The notes beneath the pieces were generated by a model. It saw only the letters and a program-made list of their open reading frames with translations, was not told the DNA's origin and did no database searches. A program made the position numbers and the translations under genes. From the NCBI GenBank assembly GCA_033762295.1, contig JANRLW010000093.1, positions 1-64,000 on the forward strand: 64,000 bases of DNA, in the 5' to 3' direction. Position 1 is the stretch's first letter. Every line of letters begins with the position of its first letter. This document shows positions 58,388 through 64,000 of this stretch, piece after piece. Source of the DNA: Capsulimonadales bacterium. GTDB lineage: Bacteria; Armatimonadota; Armatimonadia; Armatimonadales; Armatimonadaceae.

Positions 58388-59221
58388 CTACAGCGCGACG
58401 CCGATCTCCCGCGCCACGGAGCGGACGTGCGCGGCGGCCAGATCGTACTCCTCGGCGGTCGGCAGATGCTCGAGCAGGAACGGCATATCCGGTCCGAGTT
58501 TCGCCGCTTCGGTCAGAAACACCCGGTAGTCCAGAACGCCCAGACCCGGACGCACCTCGTCCAGATGCACCGTCAGTTTCGGCGCTATCGTGATGTCCTT
58601 GGCGTGAACGCTTTTCACGTACGGTCCCAGCTTTTCGAAGCATTCGCGCAGGAAACCGGCATTGTCGAAGCACCGCGCCGGACAGTTGATCATGTTGACC
58701 GGGTCCAGATGGACGCCGAATTGCGGACGATCGATCGCGGCGATCAGGCGCAGATAGCTGTCCGGCGAGTCGGGGAAAACCCAGGGCATCGGTTCGAGCG
58801 TGTAGAACGTCCGCCGCGGTTCCACGGCATCGATGATCTCGCGCGTCGTATCGACGATCCGGTCGAAGGTCTCCCCGGTCAGATTATCCGGGTGCGGTCC
58901 GTCCCACGTCTCCCCGCGCGCCCCGGCGATGTTGACACAGCAGACCGCCCCGATCCGTTCGGCCAGCGTCAGAGCGGCCTTGCACCGGTCAAGGGCGGCC
59001 TGTCGCACGGCTTCCTCCGGGCTGATCGGATTGCTCCATGCGCCCACTTCCGCGATCACGATGTCGGCGTCCGCCGCCGCTCGCGCGTAAGCGGCGATCC
59101 GTTCCTCGTCGGCGTCAAGCCCGACCGGGCAGTAGGCCGCGCGGTAGTTCAGTCGTCGCAGAGTCGCAATCCATGCCTCGGGGGTCGAGGAATCTCCGGT
59201 CGCCGGTCCGCCCAGTCGCAT
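58388..59221 (-). CDS. Sugar phosphate isomerase/epimerase (xylose isomerase-like TIM barrel)
   Basis: LEPMP, HLDPVN, VHAKD, PGLGVLDY, LEH; AAAGGAG SD. Confidence 0.85.
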   Translation of the reverse strand: MRLGGPATGDSSTPEAWIATLRRLNYRAAYCPVGLDADEERIAAYARAAADADIVIAEVGAWSNPISPEEAVRQAALDRCKAALTLAERIGAVCCVNIAGARGETWDGPHPDNLTGETFDRIVDTTREIIDAVEPRRTFYTLEPMPWVFPDSPDSYLRLIAAIDRPQFGVHLDPVNMINCPARCFDNAGFLRECFEKLGPYVKSVHAKDITIAPKLTVHLDEVRPGLGVLDYRVFLTEAAKLGPDMPFLLEHLPTAEEYDLAAAHVRSVAREIGVAL

Positions 59222-59300
59222 CGTCGTCTCTCCTTTCGAAAGGCCGCGTCGTCGTTCGAAATACAATGCGTCAGGCCGGACCGAACCTCCTCCGTCCCGA

Positions 59301-59675
59301 TTACCAGGTAAGGACGATACGGTAGTGGCTACGCCCGTTCATCTCGTCGGAGATACGAACGCCGGTCGTAAATTTGTTGCTCTTCGCCGGCTGCTGAAAG
59401 ACCTCGACCGGCCCTCGTCCCTCCTGGCGCAGCACCTGGACCCGGATCGATTTTTCCGGCAGCCGTTTGCGGAAGAAACTCTGCACATTCTCGGTTTTCT
59501 TTCCGCTGACGACATGGACTCGGACTTCCTTCTTGCGAAACTCCAGCTCGACGGTGCCATCGACGTCACCGCTCCAAAGAACCCGATTTCCGTTGGTCTG
59601 CGCCGATACCGGCGGAACGCCGGTCAGGAGAATCAGCGCAGAGGCAACGATACCCGGAAACAAACCAGCGCGCAT
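59301..59675 (-). CDS. Small secreted hypothetical beta-rich protein
   Basis: AAAGGA SD, signal peptide ending VSA|Q, WSGDVDG...GRGPV..FQQP...C-terminal W. Confidence 0.7.
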   Translation of the reverse strand: MRAGLFPGIVASALILLTGVPPVSAQTNGNRVLWSGDVDGTVELEFRKKEVRVHVVSGKKTENVQSFFRKRLPEKSIRVQVLRQEGRGPVEVFQQPAKSNKFTTGVRISDEMNGRSHYRIVLTW

Positions 59676-59702
59676 TTGGTTATCCTTTTCTGTCGGATGG
59701 TA

Positions 59703-59738
59703 AGCGAGATATGCGAGATATACGAAATAAGCGAAAAC
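59703..59738. repeat. Degenerate 9-bp tandem repeat in a divergent intergenic region
   Basis: AGCGAGATA TGCGAGATA TACGAAATA AGCGAAAAC. Confidence 0.7.
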
Positions 59739-59916
59739 GGCCAACAGGGGCGACGGAATAGGAACGTATCCGACGGGCAAACAGCCCGAATGTACCATAA
59801 CCCGGCCGGTTTCGCCCACTCAAAACTTCGCTCGTTTGACAGAGGGTCTCCCTGCCGTTACAATCGGAATCGGAGCCGGTATTTCTGCGAAGAAACGGCC
59901 TCCGGAACGCGTCTCC

Positions 59917-62900
59917 ATGCGTCTGAAACGCCTCACGCTCCACGGGTTCAAAACATTCGCCGACAAAACCGACATCGAGTTCTCCGATGGCGTCACCGTC
60001 ATCGTCGGTCCGAACGGCAGCGGCAAATCCAATGTGGTGGACAGTCTCCTCTGGTGCCTCGGGGAACAGAAGGCGTCTTCCCTGCGTGCGTCGAAGGCGC
60101 AGGATGTTATCTTCGCCGGTTCCTCGCGACGCAAGCCGATGGGCATGGCGGAGGTCAGCCTGACCGTCGACAACGAAGACCGTTTTCTCCCGCTCGACTT
60201 CTCCGAGGTGACCGTCACCCGGCGCATCTACCGCTCGGGTGACAGCGAATACCTGCTGAACAAGGTTCCCTGCCGCCTGAAGGATATCACGGAACTGTTT
60301 CTGGACACCGGGGTCGGGCGCGGCGCGTACGCGATCGTCAACCAGAGCGAAATCGACGCGATCCTGTCGGCCCGCCCGGAGGATCGCCGCGAACTGTTCG
60401 AGGAGGCGGCCGGGATCAAAAAATACCGGGTTCGCAAACGCGAGGCGCACCGCAAGCTGGAAAACACCGAGCAGAATCTGATCCGTATCCGGGATATCGC
60501 CCGTGAGGTGGAATCGCAACTGGAACCGCTGGCCGCGCAGGCGGCCACCGCCCGCCGTTACCACGAACTGACCGACCGTCTGCGCGAGATCGAGGTCGGG
60601 TTACTCGCCGCCGATTATGCGCGTTATCGGGACGAATGGGACGAACTGGCGGCGATGGCCGGGAACGCCGACCGTGAGGCCGAGTCCCTGCGGGCGGAGG
60701 CGTCCGCGCTGGAAAACTCGGTCGGCCTGCTGGGTAAACGGATCACCGAGGCGGAAGCCGAAATGGACAGCGCACGCCTTCTGCAGCAGACCGCCCTGGC
60801 CGAGGGGGAACGGATCGCCGGACGGATCGCCCTGTCGACCGAACGGCGCGCCGCCGCCCTGCGCGCCGCCGAATCACTGGAGCGAGACCTGGCCGGACTG
60901 GCGCAGGAGCGGACGGATCGGGAGACGGAAGCGGAACGACTGCGAGCCGAAACGAAGACGTTCGAGGACGACCTGACGCACAGAAACCGGGAACTGGCCG
61001 CCGCCGAGGAGGAGGCGCGCGAAACCGAACGCGCCCTGAACGACCTGACCCGCACGGTGGCCGGGCAGGAGGCCGATTTCCTGCAGATGGCGAAACGACT
61101 GGCCGCGCAGCGTGCCGAATGGGAGGCGGTCAAAACACGGATCGCGGCCCGGGAACGAGAAATTGCCGAGACGGAAACCCGACGGCGGGAGCGGCAACGG
61201 GAACGGGAAACCGGGCGGGAGATGACCGAGGCCCTGACGGCGGCGGTCGCGGAGGCCGACGCGGCCCTGACGGAGGCGCAACGGGTACTGAACGAGGAGC
61301 GGGAACCGGCGCGGCTCCGCGCGGTCGAGCGGACGAACGCCCTGGCCGAGCAACGGACGACCCAGGAGCGCCGCCTGGCGGAACTCCGGGCAAGGCTCCG
61401 CGCCCTGGAGGAGATGGAGGCGGCCCAGGAAGGGTATTTCGCCGGGGTGCGCTCGGTGGTGCGCGCCGTACAGGAACAGCATCTCACCGGGCGTTATCAG
61501 GTGGTGGCGGACGCGATCCGGGTCCCGGCGGAACTGGATACCGCGATCGAGGTCGCGCTCGGCGCCAGCCTTCAGGACATCATCACCGACACCGAGACCG
61601 AGGCCCGGGCGGCCATCCGCTTTCTGAACGAGCGGCGCGGGGGACGGGCGACTTTCCTGCCGCTGGATGCCCTGCGCGACCCGGAGATTCCGGACACTCT
61701 GATTCAGGCGGCCCGGCAGTATGCCGGGGTCCGGGGTAGCGCGGCTCTCCTGGTCGGGCATGAGGCCGAGGTCACCGCCGCCGTCCGCGTTCTGCTCGCC
61801 CGCGTGCTGATCGTCGACGATCTCGAAACGGCCCTGTCGGTGTCCAAACGGCTGCGGCGCGACTGGGCGCGGATCGTGACGCTGAACGGCGAGGTCGTCG
61901 TCCCGACCGGCGCGATCACCGGCGGTTCGCAGGCCCGACAGACCGCCAACCTGCTCGGACGCAAACGGGAGATCGGCGAACTGACGGCGGCGTCGGAGGA
62001 GGGCGAGGCGCGGCGCGAGCAACTGCGCGAACGCGAAGCGGTGGCACGGCGACAGGCGGAGGAGGCGCAGGCGGAGGTCGTTCGCGCGCGAACGGCGGCG
62101 GAACGGGCGCGGGAGACGCGGACGCAGGCCGAGCGACGGCGGGAACTGGCCCATCTGGACCTGGTGCGTCTGGAGCGGGAAACCGAATCGCTGACACAAC
62201 GCATCGTGGCGTTGCGCGACGCGGGAACGTCCGACACGGCCCGGGAGACCGCGCTGGCGGCCGCCGTCTCCGGCAGCGAGTCGATCGATGAGAGCGCACA
62301 GGCGACCCGGGAGGAGATGCAGCGGCGGCGGGCCGTCCTGACCGTGCGGCGCGACGAGGCGCAGAGGAAAACTCGGACCCTCGGCGCGGAGGTGGCGTCC
62401 CTGCGCGAACGCATCCATGCCCGAACCCGTGAGGCCGACCGGAACCGCGATGCCGCCCTGCGGGCGTCCGTGCGTATGGAGGAGCGGCGCACCCAGGCGG
62501 AGGAGGCACAGCGGACCGCGGCCCGGGAGGAGGAGGCCGCGCCCGAACTGCGGGCGGCGGAACAGCGGGTGCGGCAGGCGCTGAACGATTCGACCGGCAG
62601 GTTCGAGAAGTGGCGTGACCGTCGACAATCGCTCCTGAACGAGAACTTTCAGCTCACCGAACGGATCAAGGCGGCGGAACGGGGGGCGTCGCGAGCGACC
62701 GAACAGGCGCAGTCGGCGCGCGTCCGCGCCGCCCGGATCGAGGTCCAGCGGGACGCCATCGTCCAGCGGTTGCTGGAGGAGTACGAACTGCATCCGGACT
62801 CCGCTCTGGCCCTCACCGAGGGGCAACTGCCGGACAAATCGGTGACGCAGGAGATCGGCCGTCTGCGCCGGGAGATCAAGGCGCTGGGCAACGTCAACAC

Positions 62901-63504
62901 CGGCGCGGTCGAGGAGTACGACCGGCTATCGGAGCGAGCGACCTTCCTGCGCGAACAGCAGACGGACCTCGAGCAGGCCCGGGCGACCCTGCTTGCCGCT
63001 ATCGCCGAGATCGACGAGACGACCCGGGGTGTGTTCATGGAGACGTTTCAGGCGGTCGGCGCGGCGTTCTTCCGGCTGTTCGCGCGTCTGTTCGGCGGGG
63101 GCGCGGCGGAACTGGTCCTGACCGATCCGGAGGATATCTTCGAGACCGGCATCGAAATCCTGGCCCAGCCGCCGGGCAAGAAACGGCAGAACCTGTCTCT
63201 GCTTTCGGGCGGCGAACGCGCATTGACGGCGACCGCGCTGCTGTTCGCGTTTCTGGAGGTGCGGCCCGCGCCGTTCTGCGTGCTGGATGAGGTGGACGCG
63301 CCGCTCGACGGCGCGAACGTCGAGAAGTTCACCGACCTGTTGCGCGACTTCGGGAAAACCTCGCAGTTCATCGTCATCACGCATAACCCGACGACGATGG
63401 AGGCCGCGCCGCTGTGGTACGGTGTGACGATGCAGGAGCCGGGAGTTTCGCGCGGCCTGTCGATGCGCGCGCCGGAACCGCCTACAGGGAGCCCATCGGA
63501 TTGA
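59917..63504 (+). CDS. smc: Chromosome segregation protein SMC
   Basis: GFKTFAD, GPNGSGKSN, hinge GRATFLPLD, LSGGE, LDEVDAPLD, long coiled coils. Confidence 0.96.
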   Translation: MRLKRLTLHGFKTFADKTDIEFSDGVTVIVGPNGSGKSNVVDSLLWCLGEQKASSLRASKAQDVIFAGSSRRKPMGMAEVSLTVDNEDRFLPLDFSEVTVTRRIYRSGDSEYLLNKVPCRLKDITELFLDTGVGRGAYAIVNQSEIDAILSARPEDRRELFEEAAGIKKYRVRKREAHRKLENTEQNLIRIRDIAREVESQLEPLAAQAATARRYHELTDRLREIEVGLLAADYARYRDEWDELAAMAGNADREAESLRAEASALENSVGLLGKRITEAEAEMDSARLLQQTALAEGERIAGRIALSTERRAAALRAAESLERDLAGLAQERTDRETEAERLRAETKTFEDDLTHRNRELAAAEEEARETERALNDLTRTVAGQEADFLQMAKRLAAQRAEWEAVKTRIAAREREIAETETRRRERQRERETGREMTEALTAAVAEADAALTEAQRVLNEEREPARLRAVERTNALAEQRTTQERRLAELRARLRALEEMEAAQEGYFAGVRSVVRAVQEQHLTGRYQVVADAIRVPAELDTAIEVALGASLQDIITDTETEARAAIRFLNERRGGRATFLPLDALRDPEIPDTLIQAARQYAGVRGSAALLVGHEAEVTAAVRVLLARVLIVDDLETALSVSKRLRRDWARIVTLNGEVVVPTGAITGGSQARQTANLLGRKREIGELTAASEEGEARREQLREREAVARRQAEEAQAEVVRARTAAERARETRTQAERRRELAHLDLVRLERETESLTQRIVALRDAGTSDTARETALAAAVSGSESIDESAQATREEMQRRRAVLTVRRDEAQRKTRTLGAEVASLRERIHARTREADRNRDAALRASVRMEERRTQAEEAQRTAAREEEAAPELRAAEQRVRQALNDSTGRFEKWRDRRQSLLNENFQLTERIKAAERGASRATEQAQSARVRAARIEVQRDAIVQRLLEEYELHPDSALALTEGQLPDKSVTQEIGRLRREIKALGNVNTGAVEEYDRLSERATFLREQQTDLEQARATLLAAIAEIDETTRGVFMETFQAVGAAFFRLFARLFGGGAAELVLTDPEDIFETGIEILAQPPGKKRQNLSLLSGGERALTATALLFAFLEVRPAPFCVLDEVDAPLDGANVEKFTDLLRDFGKTSQFIVITHNPTTMEAAPLWYGVTMQEPGVSRGLSMRAPEPPTGSPSD

Positions 63505-64000
63505 CCGGCGTTCCGTTTTTCCGGATTTCGAAGTGCAGATGCGGGCCGGTGGTATAGCCGGTCATGCCCACACGTCCGACCATCTGTCCCCGGGCGATGT
63601 TCTGCCCCTCGACGGCGACGATCTCGGACTGGTGTCCGTAGAGAGTGGAGACGCCGCCGCCATGGTCGATGACGACCGAGTTTCCGTAGCCCCGCATATA
63701 CCCGGCGAAGATGACGACGCCGTCCGCCGCCGCCAGGATCGGTGTCCCGATGCCGGCCCCGAAGTCGATCCCGGTATGTAGCTTGGTTACATGAAGGATG
63801 GGATGGTAGCGCATGCCGAACCGGGAGGTGATCGGTCCGTCGACCGGACGGAGGAACCCGCCGGTGAAGGCGATCAGGCGTCGCGCGCGTCCGAGCGGGG
63901 TCTCCTGAAGGGCGCGGATCCGGGCGGCGATCCGCTCGGAATCCGCTTCCAGCGCCGCCAGTTCATCCTCGATTTCGGCGCGGCGGGTCCGCGCTTCGGC
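63482..64000 (-). CDS. Coiled-coil M23 metallopeptidase (murein endopeptidase/EnvC-like); 5' truncated by the window edge
   Basis: Frame open to base 64000; ITSRFGMRYHP, HTGID, YGH, GPHLHFE. Confidence 0.9.
   Translation of the reverse strand, partial: AEARTRRAEIEDELAALEADSERIAARIRALQETPLGRARRLIAFTGGFLRPVDGPITSRFGMRYHPILHVTKLHTGIDFGAGIGTPILAAADGVVIFAGYMRGYGNSVVIDHGGGVSTLYGHQSEIVAVEGQNIARGQMVGRVGMTGYTTGPHLHFEIRKNGTPVNPMGSL

Noticed and set aside
59917..63504. Wadjet/MksBEF or other SMC-like defence system
   Set aside because: It is a canonical hinge-containing Smc with no jet/mks partner genes adjacent

Overview
GC-rich bacterial chromosomal window with about 45 genes. The gene content suggests Armatimonadota or another PVC-like lineage (inference): three A|FTLIELL prepilin/H-X9-DG proteins, PEP-CTERM proteins, PSD1/DUF1501 and DUF1800/DUF1501 pairs. 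I saw no tRNA, rRNA, CRISPR array, transposase or integrase. Main points: (1) an ~18 kb locus (1181-19429) with seven PQQ-like beta-propeller genes, a prepilin-type protein and a DUF3311/Na:solute symporter around an EhpF/GriC-like adenylating enzyme, a Glu-less ALDH-fold reductase and two alcohol dehydrogenases; one propeller gene has a 1-nt frameshift. (2) A YTTAAY-N5-YTTAAY Pho-box-like repeat upstream of two phosphatase/phytase-like genes and two prepilin genes, one of which is followed by a metallophosphoesterase. (3) A candidate unannotated ~120-nt RNA or leader whose terminator is duplicated on the far side of a K+ channel gene. (4) Recurrent short tandem duplications lying on stop or start codons. 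(5) A GH33 sialidase-GH32 fusion. Housekeeping-type genes include rarA, a glcD-like oxidase, a DUF58/transglutaminase/MoxR operon, smc and an M23 peptidase. All family calls come from motif recognition, not database searches.
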